Shown: positions 1 through 10,879, counted from the first letter of the stretch. The stretch is 64,000 bases of DNA from Basidiobolus meristosporus CBS 931.73 (GCA_002104905.1 MCFE01000198.1:70308-134307); one strand, 5' to 3'. Notes: generated from the letters alone by a model not told the origin. Made by a program: numbers and translations.

Positions 1-1413
1 CAATCTAGCCAAATCGTTAGAGGCGGCTTGAGAGGAGCTGCGGTCTTGCTCCAAAGACTTGATCTTGTTTTCCATGGCCAAAAGAGCTTGATCTTTTTGG
101 GAAACGATTTGAGACATGCGTTGCTGTCCGAATCCAAGCTCGTGGGTGAGTTGGTCAATAGCGGTCTTGGCCTTACCAAGCTCGCTGATAAGGCTGGACT
201 CGCGAGATTGGGCCTCTCTGATTTGACGGGTAAGGGATTCTTGCTCGGCATAATGGGTCTTGCGCTCAATGTTGAATTGCTCGATTTGCTGCTGGAGGTT
301 GGCCTGTTGCTCACGGTGGGTGGCGTTGGCTTCATCGATATCGTAGCTAGCGGCTTGGAGAGTCTTGACGTTCTCCTTTTCAACCGTCAATTGCTTGAAG
401 AGAACTTGGTTGGTGTAGTTCAATGAATCAACCTTGGTTTCAAGAGTCTTGATCTTCTTCTCGTAGACCTTCTTGTCAATCTGTTGATCATTCAACTGCT
501 CACTAACTTCATCAAACTCCTTTTGGAGTTGGTTCTGAAGGGTCTTCAAGGAATCATTCTTCTTGGACAAGTTCTTGATGGTCTCCTCCTTGTCCTCCAA
601 GGATTGACGAAGCTCTTCCAACTCCTTGGAAGAGACCTCAGGCTCAGCGTGAGTGGCGCTAATAGATTCAATGGTGGGCTGCTCGACAGGAATCTCCTTG
701 GTGGCTTCCTGAACTTGGGCGGCGGTCACCTCCTCAACAACAACAGCGTTCTTGTTCTTCTTCTTCTTGGCCTTCTTCTCAGATACAGGAGCAGGGGTCT
801 GCTCAGGCTCTTCCTTCTTGATCGGCTCGGGGGCGGCGACCTCAGGAACAGCTTCAACAGCAGCAACAGCAGTTTGTTCAACTACTTCAGCCACAGGAGC
901 GGCTGGAGTCTCGGGAACAACAGGCTTCTGCTTCTTGGACTTGGAACCCTTGGGCTTCTTAGGCTCCTTCTTTTCAAAAAGAACTGGACCACCGTTGACC
1001 TCAAGAGCAGCATAAGGATTGGCCGAAGCGACAGAGGCGTCAATACCATATTCTGGCTCTTCCTCTTCCTCCTCCTCGACTTCTACGACCTCTTCAACAA
1101 CCTTTTGGACCACCTTGGGGGGTGCGGCGGCTTTAGCGGCCTTAGCCTTGGAGCGCTTGGTAGCGTTTCCAGCTGCCTTGGGTTGAGCCTTGGCACCGTT
1201 AACCTTAGGTTGAACCTTAGGAGTGGTGGCCTTGGACTTCTTGGCAGGCTTCTTCTTGGTCTCGAGCTCTACTTCCTTCAGAAGAGCAGCTTGAGCCTCG
1301 GTGTGATCGACCGCAGGCTTGCTACCAACAAAGTTATAGTAGATGTAAACACTGGAAGTGGAAACTACACCCAGGACAACCAAAAGGGTAGTAAGATTCG
1401 AGAAAGCATCCAT
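1..1413 (-). CDS. N-terminally membrane-anchored, Lys/Glu-rich coiled-coil protein (3'-partial; kinectin/p180-like architecture)
   Basis: ATG at 1413 opens a stop-free minus-strand frame of 471 codons that runs off the window, which is why it is absent from the ORF track. Translation: MDAFSNLTTLLVVLGVVSTSSVYIYYNFVGSKPAVDH (hydrophobic segment), then KKKPAKKSKATTPKVQPK (Lys-rich), an E/P/A/V-rich linker, and heptad-like SSKELEELRQSLEDKEETIKNLSKKNDSLKTLQNQLQKEFDEV. Strong AAG/GAG codon bias. Confidence 0.85.
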   Translation of the reverse strand, partial: MDAFSNLTTLLVVLGVVSTSSVYIYYNFVGSKPAVDHTEAQAALLKEVELETKKKPAKKSKATTPKVQPKVNGAKAQPKAAGNATKRSKAKAAKAAAPPKVVQKVVEEVVEVEEEEEEEPEYGIDASVASANPYAALEVNGGPVLFEKKEPKKPKGSKSKKQKPVVPETPAAPVAEVVEQTAVAAVEAVPEVAAPEPIKKEEPEQTPAPVSEKKAKKKKNKNAVVVEEVTAAQVQEATKEIPVEQPTIESISATHAEPEVSSKELEELRQSLEDKEETIKNLSKKNDSLKTLQNQLQKEFDEVSEQLNDQQIDKKVYEKKIKTLETKVDSLNYTNQVLFKQLTVEKENVKTLQAASYDIDEANATHREQQANLQQQIEQFNIERKTHYAEQESLTRQIREAQSRESSLISELGKAKTAIDQLTHELGFGQQRMSQIVSQKDQALLAMENKIKSLEQDRSSSQAASNDLARL

Positions 1414-1964
1414 GATAGAGAGTCAAATAACCGGGTTTCAAAGAGAGGATACAGACAACGATAAACGACTGGTCAGAGAAGTGAAAGTCGGTAATAACAC
1501 ACTGCGACCAGCTCACCAACTGCTCAGTAATAACTATCCAAGCGGTTGGAGAAAGCCAGGGTATTATTCAACAATGTCCAGGGTTGGTTTAGCAGAACAA
1601 AAAATTCTGGCCAAACACATCTCTGATCAAGCGCTCCTCGGGGAAAGGACCAAGGATCACTCCAATATTTAATCAGCATCCACGCATATTCGTCTCCTTA
1701 CCAGGCATTAACCATTGCCAATTGCCATAAATCCATTCATAAATGACCCCATATACGCACAATCACTCTCCCCGAGCTTGGTAGGATTTACTCGGATCTC
1801 GCCTGTCCACCAATCGTGTGTGGTGGCAATAATCCAGAGCTTACAGAAGGATTGAGAATAATTTGTGATAATAACTGCCAATCAGCGCATGCATTGGCAG
1901 GTAGCGCTCTTCAAGATTTCGTCGAATCAGCACCAGCCAGCTGTAGATGATTCATTGCCGTCTC

Positions 1965-2003
1965 CCCCAACCCCAACCCTAACCCTAACCCTAGCCCTAA
2001 CCC
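1965..2003 (+). repeat. Interstitial telomere-like (CCCTAA)n tract in the divergent promoter
   Basis: CCCCAA CCCCAA CCCTAA CCCTAA CCCTAG CCCTAA CCC read directly from the sequence. Confidence 0.85.
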
Positions 2004-2321
2004 GCCATCACAGCCCAGAGTAGACGCATAGATAAATTCACTTCGAAGAAAGGTTGACCTCTTTGGCAATTATTAGATCCGTGACTTGAAACCAATCAAA
2101 TGGGAAATTGAATGTTTTGATTTCTCGCGGCTGCCCATAGACCTTCCACTCCCGATGATGCTTGGAGATTGTAAACAACAATAAAAGAATTTTCGTCATC
2201 AAAACACCCACCAAATTGGCCTTAAAGTGGTACCCCCAGTGCTGCTACCTCTTGACTAGCTTACTCCTTAGACTTCCCTTCCATCTGTATTATATATTAC
2301 TCACAACCGGGACTTGCAACC

Positions 2322-4682
2322 ATGGTTATGTACGTTAAGAAGCGTGATGGCAGACAGGAGCGGGTTGCTTTTGACAAGATCACCGCCCGAGTGAACAAAC
2401 TGTGCTACGGACTAGACACCAACTACATCGACTCCGCCGCTGTGGCCCAGCGCGTTATTTCTGGCGTTTATGAGGGTGTTACAACTCAGGAGCTGGACAA
2501 CCTTGCTGCCGAAACCGCCGCCTATATGACCACAAAGCACCCCGACTATGCTATTTTGGCCGCACGTATCGCCATATCAAACCTTCATAAGGAGACCAAG
2601 AAGCAGTTCTCCGCTGTCATGCATGACCTGTATCACTACGTCAATCCCAAAAACGAGAAGCCTTCTCCCAAAATCGCCAAAGAGACCTATGAGATCATCA
2701 TGAAGAATGCGGAGCGTCTGGACTCGGCCATCATCTACGACAGAGATTTCAACTTCAATTACTTCGGTTTCAAGACTCTTGAACGCTCTTACCTACTGAA
2801 ACTGGACAACCAGGTCGCCGAGAGACCACAACACATGGTCATGAGAGTGGCCGTTGGGATCCACGGCGAGGATATCGATGCTGCCATCGAGACATACAAC
2901 TACATGTCCGAGAAGTACTTCACTCATGCCTCGCCAACCCTGTTCAACGCCGGCACCCCAGTCCCCCAGATGAGCAGTTGCTTCCTGGTTTCCATGAAGG
3001 AAGACTCGATCGATGGGATCTACGACACACTGAAGACCTGTGCCCTCATCTCCAAATCTGCCGGTGGCATTGGGCTGAACGTGCACAAGATCCGTGCCTC
3101 CGGATCCTACATTGCCGGCACCAACGGTACCTCCAACGGGCTGATCCCCATGCTTCGAGTATTCAACAACACCGCCAGATACGTCGACCAAGGTGGCAAC
3201 AAGCGACCCGGCGCCTTTGCCATCTACCTCGAGCCATGGCACTATGACATCCTGGACTTCTTGGACTTGCGTAAGAACACCGGCAAGGAGGAATCCAGAG
3301 CCCGTGATCTCTTCTACGCGTTGTGGATCTCCGACCTGTTCATGAAGCGTGTCGAGAAGGATGAGGACTGGAGCCTGTTCTGCCCCGCGGAGGCCCCTGG
3401 CCTCGAGGATTGCTGGGGTGAAGAGTTCGAGAAGCTGTACATTTCGTACGAACGCAAGGGGCTCGCCCGCAAGACCATCAAGGCCCAGAAGCTGTGGTAC
3501 GCCATCCTGGATGCCCAGATCGAGACCGGCAACCCATTCATGCTCTACAAAGACTCGTGCAACCGCAAGTCGAACCAACAGAACCTCGGTACCATCAAGT
3601 CCAGCAATCTCTGCTGCGAGATCGTGGAGTACTCCAGCCCCGAAGAGGTGGCTGTCTGCAATCTTGCCAGTTTGGCGCTCCCCACGTTCGTTACTTCCAA
3701 GGACCACTACAACTTCGAGGAGCTCCACAAGGTCACCAAGATCCTTACCAAGAATCTCAACAAGGTGATCGATGTCAACTACTACCCGATCGAGGAGGCT
3801 CGCCGCTCCAACATGCGCCACCGACCGGTCGGTCTAGGCGTTCAGGGACTCGCCGATGCCTTCATCAAGATGCGCCTACCCTTCGAGTCCGCAGGTGCGA
3901 TCGAGCTGAACAAGAAGATCTTCGAAACCATCTACCACGCTGCGTTGGAAGCATCCTGCGAGCTTGCTCAGCGCGATGGCCCCTACGAGACGTATGAAGG
4001 ATCTCCCGTTTCCCAGGGAATCTTGCAGTACGACATGTGGGGTGTCACCCCTACCGATCTGTGGGACTGGGACGAGCTGAAGGCGAAGATCGCCAAGCAC
4101 GGCGTGCGCAACTCCCTCCTGGTAGCCCCCATGCCCACCGCATCCACCTCGCAGATCCTTGGCTTCAACGAGTGTTTCGAGCCCTACACATCGAACATCT
4201 ACACCCGCAGAGTGTTGGCCGGCGAATTCCAGATCGTCAACCCATGGCTGCTTAAAGACCTAGTTGAGCTAGGTCTCTGGAACGACAGCCTGAAGAACCG
4301 AATCATCGCGGACAGCGGCTCCATTCAGAATATACCCTCGATTCCCAAGGAGCTCAAGGAGCTTTACAAGACCGTGTGGGAGATCAAGCAGAAGGTGATC
4401 GTCGATATGGCTGCCGACAGAGGGGCGTTCATTGACCAGTCCCAGTCACTCAACATCTTCATCGCCGAGCCCTCCTACCCCAAGCTCACCTCCATGCACT
4501 TCTACGGTTGGAAGAAGGGCCTCAAGACTGGCATGTACTACTTGAGAACCCGGCCCGCCGCCGATGCCATCCAGTTCACCGTGGACCAGCTGGCGTTGAA
4601 GATGGAGGGGAATGCGATCGAGGACGCCAAGCTACAATGCTCTATCGACAACAAAGATGCGTGTATGATGTGTAGCGGATAG
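2322..4682 (+). CDS. RNR1: Ribonucleoside-diphosphate reductase large subunit (class Ia), intronless, 786 aa
   Basis: ATP cone ([17 protein letters not shown]), [48 protein letters not shown] and C-terminal CMMC. The true start may be the second Met at 2328. Confidence 0.98.
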   Translation: MVMYVKKRDGRQERVAFDKITARVNKLCYGLDTNYIDSAAVAQRVISGVYEGVTTQELDNLAAETAAYMTTKHPDYAILAARIAISNLHKETKKQFSAVMHDLYHYVNPKNEKPSPKIAKETYEIIMKNAERLDSAIIYDRDFNFNYFGFKTLERSYLLKLDNQVAERPQHMVMRVAVGIHGEDIDAAIETYNYMSEKYFTHASPTLFNAGTPVPQMSSCFLVSMKEDSIDGIYDTLKTCALISKSAGGIGLNVHKIRASGSYIAGTNGTSNGLIPMLRVFNNTARYVDQGGNKRPGAFAIYLEPWHYDILDFLDLRKNTGKEESRARDLFYALWISDLFMKRVEKDEDWSLFCPAEAPGLEDCWGEEFEKLYISYERKGLARKTIKAQKLWYAILDAQIETGNPFMLYKDSCNRKSNQQNLGTIKSSNLCCEIVEYSSPEEVAVCNLASLALPTFVTSKDHYNFEELHKVTKILTKNLNKVIDVNYYPIEEARRSNMRHRPVGLGVQGLADAFIKMRLPFESAGAIELNKKIFETIYHAALEASCELAQRDGPYETYEGSPVSQGILQYDMWGVTPTDLWDWDELKAKIAKHGVRNSLLVAPMPTASTSQILGFNECFEPYTSNIYTRRVLAGEFQIVNPWLLKDLVELGLWNDSLKNRIIADSGSIQNIPSIPKELKELYKTVWEIKQKVIVDMAADRGAFIDQSQSLNIFIAEPSYPKLTSMHFYGWKKGLKTGMYYLRTRPAADAIQFTVDQLALKMEGNAIEDAKLQCSIDNKDACMMCSG

Positions 4683-4818
4683 ATATTTATTTCCATGTAA
4701 TCAAGAGAATCAGGAGGAATGTACCAATAAATTATCCCGAATTTTGTCATCAATGTCCGCGAAACCTCGATATTTTACTGAGAGGGTGCCAATAGAATTT
4801 TGTCATGGATGCAGTCGG

Positions 4819-6131
4819 CTACATCTCCTCCAGGATGGTGATCCCAACCATCAGGCCAATGCCGACGAACATCGCGACAATCTGCCAGAAGGACTCCAGG
4901 ATCTTCTTGCCGACGGTGGTGGCCTCCGAGTCGTCCGAAAGGAGCTCGGGTATCACCCCCACGGTTGCGATGTAGATGAACCCACCCGCGGTGGCGGGGA
5001 TGATCATCTCACTGGCGGTGACGATGGAGTCGCTTTCGCCACCTAGCACTCCCTTCAATATAGGAATCATATCTGGATTCCTGGTGGCCTCCTCGATGAT
5101 CACTCCTACCACTGTGCCCATGAACGCGCCGATGGCGGTCACGAATTGCGCACCCAGCGCCCGGCTTCTGCTGAATCCGGACTGTATCAGAATAGCGTAG
5201 TCGCCCACTTCGTGGGGAATCTCGTGGAAGAACACCGCGGCGAAGGTCGAGATCCCGATGGCAGGGGAGGTGTAGAACGATGCGGCGATGGCCAGTCCGT
5301 CGGTGAAGTTGTGGGTCATATCTGCAATCAAATTAAGGTAGGCTGATAGGTTGACCTTCTGGGAAGTGGCCTCTTGCGCCACGGGCTGTTCCTGCTCAGT
5401 GTCGGTTTTCTTGCGTTGTCGTAGTTGTGCGTCGGTCCCGACCTCGCTCACCGAGCTGCTCTTGCCTTCGATTTTTTCTTGAGGGCTGTGGGAGTGGGAG
5501 TGGAGTGGGAGTGGGAATGCCCATCTCCGCCACTGGCAATTCGCATAAATTTGTCCAACAGGAAGAAAAATAGGAAGCCCCCAAATATTCCCAAGCCGAC
5601 GTACAGGTTACGCCATTTGAGCGTTTCCTCGTTGAGCTTGGTCACCTCGCCATGCTCGCCCAAAAACACCTGCGGAAGCAGGTGCAAGAAGACATCCCCC
5701 AACAAACCACCAACAGCGAAGCTCACGAGAATGTTCAGGCTACTTGGGCGTATGTTGGGCGGGACGAAAAACAAAATGAAGTTCGGAAACAGGGAGATGT
5801 AGGCGGTAGCCAAGAAGGAGGAGATCATCGGGCTCTCCGAGAACAGGAAGCTGAAGGTAGACTTCCCTTCGGTTCTCGTGCTCGCCTCATCCGGAGACTT
5901 GCGGTTCAGGCCAAAGAATTTATGAAAGGGGCAATCGGCTGGATCTCCGGCTGGGATGTCCCCGTGGTACTTCTTGGCCAGCTCCTCAGGACTTCCCTGA
6001 AATAAACTTTCCTCTGACGGACCTGGCTTAGCCCTGTGTCCGGCACATAATATGGCACCAAAGACTACTATCAAAAGTAGAAGGACCAAGAGTTTGCTTC
6101 TTCTGTTTTTCAAAGACCCACCAGATTGCAT
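4819..6131 (-). CDS. YKE4: ZIP (SLC39) zinc transporter, LIV-1/ZIP7-YKE4 type; 1-nt frameshift near 5502
   Basis: N-half (ORF 5448-6245, likely start MQSGG at 6131): hydrophobic leader, GGLLGDVFLHLLP, GDGHSHSHS. C-half (ORF 4819-5451): ADMTHNFTDGLAIAASF, FHEIPHEVGDYAIL, ATAGGFIYIA. Restoring one C in the (CACTCC)n run joins the halves. Confidence 0.9.
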
Positions 6132-6379
6132 CTTCGCAGTTGGTCGGTACGCAAACAGGGGATGTGCGAATAAAATGCTTTCAGGAGTAGTGAGCGCTTG
6201 AGCGGTGTTAACGTACCGTGAATCCGAGAAATAGGCTGGTTTCAATTGGTAGATGATTTCAAATCAATTTGCAACAAAGCCAAACATTGGGATTTAATGC
6301 GTGTTTATTATCGTACAGTATAGAGAAAAGAATCGAGGTCTAGCACAATATGCGACCCTCCACCTCTCGTTCACGCTGC

Positions 6380-8456
6380 CTAGAGCATGGCAAGGGTCTT
6401 CTTCGCTTCTTCCATTTTCTTCATTCGCTTCTCTACCTTCAGTTTGCCAGAGCTCTTTCCATGGAATTTGTGAGATTGAGCACGGAACGCCTCTTTCTGA
6501 TTCGCGGGGTTGCCGAACTCATCAGAATATTCCAAATGGACGTCGGGCTTATAATTCTCGAAGCGTTTCCACTCGTCATCCACATCTCTACGGCGGTCTC
6601 GAGAGCGAGATCTGTCACGGGAATACCGATCTCTGGATCTTGAGGGTGAACGCTCACGACGAGAAGACGACCCACTACTCTGCGTTCTTTGCTCCGAAAT
6701 CCATCTCTGTCTCTCTCTCTGAATCTTTTCACGCTCTTTCTGCTCCTCAGTCATACCCTCGTATATTCCCTTCTGTTGAAGTAGAGCCAATGTTGCTGCA
6801 AGACCGCTACTAACTAAAGGCTCCTCTTCAACAATAGCCACCGATTGCTCTTTCACCGCTGGGGTCTCTGCTGTGGAATCGACCGCGGCATCAATCTCCA
6901 TTGAATCGGCTTGAGGGGCTGATATAGGCTGTGGGCTGGCAGCTCTCTCCCGATGCTGCACCCCAGTAGGGTTTATGGGCAAAGTAGGGATGGATCCCAA
7001 GTTCTTCACAAACTCTGAGGTGTCATCAATGATGAGGCCACCCTGTGAATCGTCAGCGACTGCTTCATTAGTCTCTAGCACAGCTTTGGCAACCTCCTCG
7101 ATGCTCCGCTTTTGCTTTTTCACTGCTAGTCTCCGGGCTCTCGCCAAAGCTTGCTGCAGATCTTCGTCATCAACGAAATTGGCCTCGTCTTGGTTGGTAT
7201 ATCTATTGGTTGTAGAAGTGGCCGGAGTATTCGAATCCAACTCCATATCGGCCTCTTGTTTGTTCTTTTCGTTGGAATCGTCCAAGAAGCCCAAGTCGGC
7301 CTTGCGTCTGGAGCTCTTCTTTTTCTTCTTCTTTGGCTTTTTGAATGTGACCTCAACCTCTTCAGCTGTGTAGTAATCCTGGATCTCATTCATTTTCTCG
7401 AATGATAATGTAACAGCCTGTGACTTTAGCTTTGCCGCGACCTCTTCACGTTCACGCTCTCGATCCAATGAGGCTTCCCCCTTTGAATTCAGAACAAAGA
7501 AATCCTTCTTTGGACCATCGATTTCTTCGTCATAGTGTGAAAGTATAGATCTCTTTTGACCAATGTCCCCTTGAAACTCTTCATCGTCATATCCAGTATA
7601 AATGGGTCGCTTCTTTTTGTTTTCTATGTTTTGACGTAATTTCTCCTGTTCCTCTAACTGGATATTTGACAACTCATCGCCATTTTCTTCCAGGATGTTA
7701 CTATCCTTTAGAGTAAGAATCACTTCTCCGCTCTCAAAGTCACCAAGATTGTGCGCGACCTTCATTCCACTAAGGCTATCTAAAAGAAGAAAACACCATA
7801 AATATATGCATTGAAGCAGACAGTAAACAATTCGATTGAGTTGTTTGGAACTATGCTCTACCTCCAGAGTATTTGACTTTTGCTGATTGCTCAAGCTCAG
7901 CATCCAGATTGTTCAACTCCTGCATTCGCTTCTTGGCCAACTCTTTCTCTCTCTGTCGTGACTTCTTTACCCAATCCAAAGTATCATCAACATCCGCCTC
8001 ATCTCCCAATCCTTGACCTGAAAGCTTTTCATTTAACTTTCTCCTACTTTTCGACCTATGGTTGTGTAAAAAAAGGGGATCCGTTAGAACTGTCTCTGGT
8101 CCAGTACTACAAAAATAAATATGCTTACTTTTCTATTCTCGCCTTGACCTCTTGAGTTGCACTTTTTGCCGCTTGCTCCTCTTGGTATTTGGTATAATTC
8201 TCTTCAGCCGCCCGATCTTTCGTGGATCCTTTTCCAGGTTCCAGTGGTTTCAGACCTAGAGAGATACGTAGCTTACTTTAAGAATCGAAAGTTAATAAAT
8301 CAATCCAGTATGCCGAGACTATGTAAATTAAAGAAACATTCGAAGCGTTCAGTCGAAATTTCAAGTGCAGGAATAGATCGGTTGAATTGACAGGCGAACT
8401 TACTTTGTTTCTTCAAAAGAGAGAGAGCTCTCGCCACCAGAACGATCTTCATCCAT
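6380..8456 (-). CDS. SNU66: U4/U6.U5 tri-snRNP protein SART1/Snu66; exons 8456-8404, 8275-8129, 8055-7862, 7779-6380 (597 aa)
   Basis: Splicing at GT..AG gives MDEDRSGGESSLSFEETNKLRISLGLKPL (HIND motif), DDTLDWVKKSR, GMKVAHNLGDF, GEVILTLKDSNILE, EEPLVSSGLAATLALL and EYSDEFG...SHKFHGKSSGK. Exon lengths 53+147+194+1400 = 1794 nt keep frame. Confidence 0.93.
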
Positions 8457-8678
8457 TTCTTCGGAGCAGCGTTAGTTCACAACAAAGAGTAGATTTCCAG
8501 TGCCATTGTACAGTTGTATATATTTATGGAGAATATATCTGCAGGAAGTCTCATGATTGATTAAATTAACCCATCTTTGGGATGGGTGCGGGGAACAAAA
8601 AATTTTGATGATTCTAACTTTGAAAAGGTTAGAGGTGAGTGGGAATTTCCTGACTTCACTTTCGTATTTCTTACTATA

Positions 8679-9131
8679 ATGTTTGGTGCGTTCCGTAGTA
8701 CTTTCGTCGCTCAAGGTGGTCTTCTTTGGTAAGTATAACGAAGAGCCGATCCAATTTGCACATAAAACTGATACTAAAGTGACCTTGTATAAAGGAAAGT
8801 ACCTTTCCGTCTGAGTAAGACACGCAAAGCCAACGTCCGTAAGAGACTTAGAGCGGTTGATGATGTCATTCAAGCTGTTAGCAGCTCCGGCATCGAATGC
8901 AAAGCTCTCGTAAGTAGCAGCTAATACCCGCGATACACTCGACAACACCATTCATAGGTATGCTCTATATAGGAAACTGCGCAAAAACTTCCACGCTGCA
9001 CAGAGATGAGCAAATGGCAAAAATACACGGTATTCTCCAAGAAGTTCCCTGGTCACCGCAAGCCAGTTCACAAAGTGCAGAAATTCACCAAGACTCCCAT
9101 CCCTAGAGAATATCCTGAGGGCTTCTTATAA
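8679..9131 (+). CDS. MRPL31: Mitochondrial large-subunit ribosomal protein mL60/MrpL31; exons 8679-8728, 8795-8909, 8973-9131
   Basis: Spliced product MFGAFRSTFVAQGGLLWKVPFRLSKTRKANVRKRLRAVDDVIQAVSSSGIECKALETAQKLPRCTEMSKWQKYTVFSKKFPGHRKPVHKVQKFTKTPIPREYPEGFL matches the family pattern (MFG..GGLLWK.P.R, RLR.VD.VI, KY..F, HK..K.T). Both introns begin GTAAGT and end AG. Confidence 0.92.
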
Positions 9132-9250
9132 GCTCAGGGACACATAGCGTTTCATGCATACATTCCATTCACCTCATCATTTTCTCTGAAATAAACACCA
9201 GATTTCCATTACTTGACATATCACCGAGCATACACTCAAATTTACAACCG

Positions 9251-9284
9251 CATTCACATTCACATTCACATTCACACTCACATT
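9251..9284 (+). repeat. (CATTCA)n microsatellite upstream of RPP1
   Basis: cattcacattcacattcacattcacactcacatt. Confidence 0.8.
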
Positions 9285-9483
9285 TGCATTCTATTCATAT
9301 TCAAGTTCACGTTCATCACATCCATTCCGATAGCCAATAAATTCAGCGGCAAAAAGATTTTTTTTCTCAAAAATTCTCCTTTACCCAGGATAGTAAGTAG
9401 TGAATGTAACAAAAGAGGCCGAGCATTGCGACCACTTGTTCCTTCTCCTTTACATTTGTAGCCTTTGAGCCATCCAGATCGAA

Positions 9484-9860
9484 ATGTCTGCCGAACAAGC
9501 TATTGTCTACGCTGCTCTCATCCTTCAAGATGACGGTGTTGAGATCACCGTACGTATTGTTCATCCCCAGCCTCGATGATTTAGCCACTAACTCCGTTCA
9601 TATAGGCTGATAAACTCACTGCCCTCACCAAGGCTGCCAACGTCGAAGTTGAACCCGTCTGGGCTTCCCTCTTCGCCAAGGCTTTGGCTGGCAAGGACCT
9701 CAAGGACTTGTTGATGAACGTTGGTTCTGCTGGTTCCGCCCCCGCCGCCGCTGCTGGTGGTGCCGCCGCCGGTGCCGCTGAGGCTGCCCCCGCTGCTGAA
9801 GAGAAGGAAGAGGCCAAGGAAGAGTCTGATGACGATATGGGCTTCGGTCTTTTCGATTAA
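9484..9860 (+). CDS. RPP1: 60S acidic ribosomal protein P1; exons 9484-9549, 9606-9860
   Basis: [22 protein letters not shown] / [27 protein letters not shown], Ala-rich hinge, [20 protein letters not shown]. Intron GTACGT..TAG. Confidence 0.97.
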
Positions 9861-10364
9861 GCGGATGTTATATCAAATACGTAAACCCGTCATCAATAAA
9901 CAAGATATCGTAACACGTCTAATGGATGCTTGCGAAATGACTATGGATATGTTGCAACTGCCGTGTCTTGAATGTTTCGATTCTGTAGTTTAATTTGCTG
10001 TGGTATTAGGTGTGTGGGATGCCAAGTGGAATGCTGGTCCTCTCTGAACCCTCAGAGTTGGCGTTTGCTCATTATCGTATTAAAAGGCTAAATTTCGAAG
10101 CGAAGCACTTTATGTGTGCATCCGCCCTCAATTAGGTGTTTTAAACCATTACAGGATTAGTGGGAGTATTGAATGCCTTATGTAGTGATACATTTTGCCT
10201 GATACCCACAATCTATCTGTTGACCGGCTAGAAGCTGGCAATACTTGGGCGTAATAACTGTATTTTCAATATAAATATGACTGCACTGCACTGCACTTAT
10301 TACTCACCAACATGGTTGCTAATCCATACCACTTATAATGCTGTATTGTTATACATTTAATTTC

Positions 10365-10547
10365 TGTTGTAAAAATTTGTAATTGCACCTAAATATTGAC
10401 CAAACTTCATCACTTAGAGCAATACCTACAAATGTTAGAATATTTTCACATAAATATCTGGTACCCAGAGCATGAAAATTAGAAAAGTTGCCCAAACAGC
10501 CCCAAACTTGGCACACATGTTCTTGGGACCTTCCTAAACCTATTATA
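10365..10547 (+). mobile_element. 5' part of a copia family-1 LTR, cut off by the next LTR
   Basis: Starts TGTTGTAAAAATTTGTAATT, matches the first ~180 bp of the family LTR and abuts the LTR at 10548. Confidence 0.8.
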
Positions 10548-10879
10548 TGTTGTAATAATTTGTAATTCCACCTAAATATTCACCTAACTTAGTCACTTAG
10601 ATCATTATCTTCAAATCCTAGAGAATACTGACCAAATTCCTTGCCAGGATTTACTTAGAATATTTACCCAGAACATGAAAGTTAGATAAGTTGTCCAAAC
10701 AGCCCCAAAGTTTGCACACATGTTCTTGGGACCTTCCTAAGCCAGTTCTATGTGTTGGTTATGCCATGACCATGTAAAAATATAAATACTACTTTTACAT
10801 TCAATATATTATCAAGTGAAAGCCACATAATCTACTTGTCCTCCCAATCACTTCCAATATCTCCAAGACTCTTACAATA

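Noticed and set aside
28-1464. Leu/Gly-rich plus-strand ORFs (132 aa and 326 aa)
   Set aside because: Antisense shadows of the codon-biased minus-strand coiled-coil gene.
2793-3821. 342-aa minus-strand ORF and other ORFs overlapping RNR1
   Set aside because: Antisense or alternate-frame shadows of a GC3-rich gene; no recognisable motifs.
5448-5520. Programmed ribosomal frameshift in the ZIP gene
   Set aside because: The lesion is a missing base inside a perfect hexamer repeat. There is no slippery heptamer with a stimulatory structure at that point, so an indel is simpler.
8472-8951. 159-aa minus-strand ORF as a separate gene or SNU66 exon
   Set aside because: It overlaps the spliced MRPL31 on the opposite strand, and SNU66 has its own start at 8456 with the HIND motif.
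9251-9284. Functional role for the (CATTCA)n tract and the HIHIHI ORF at 9213-9461
   Set aside because: A simple microsatellite; the ORF is its by-product and there is no evidence of function.
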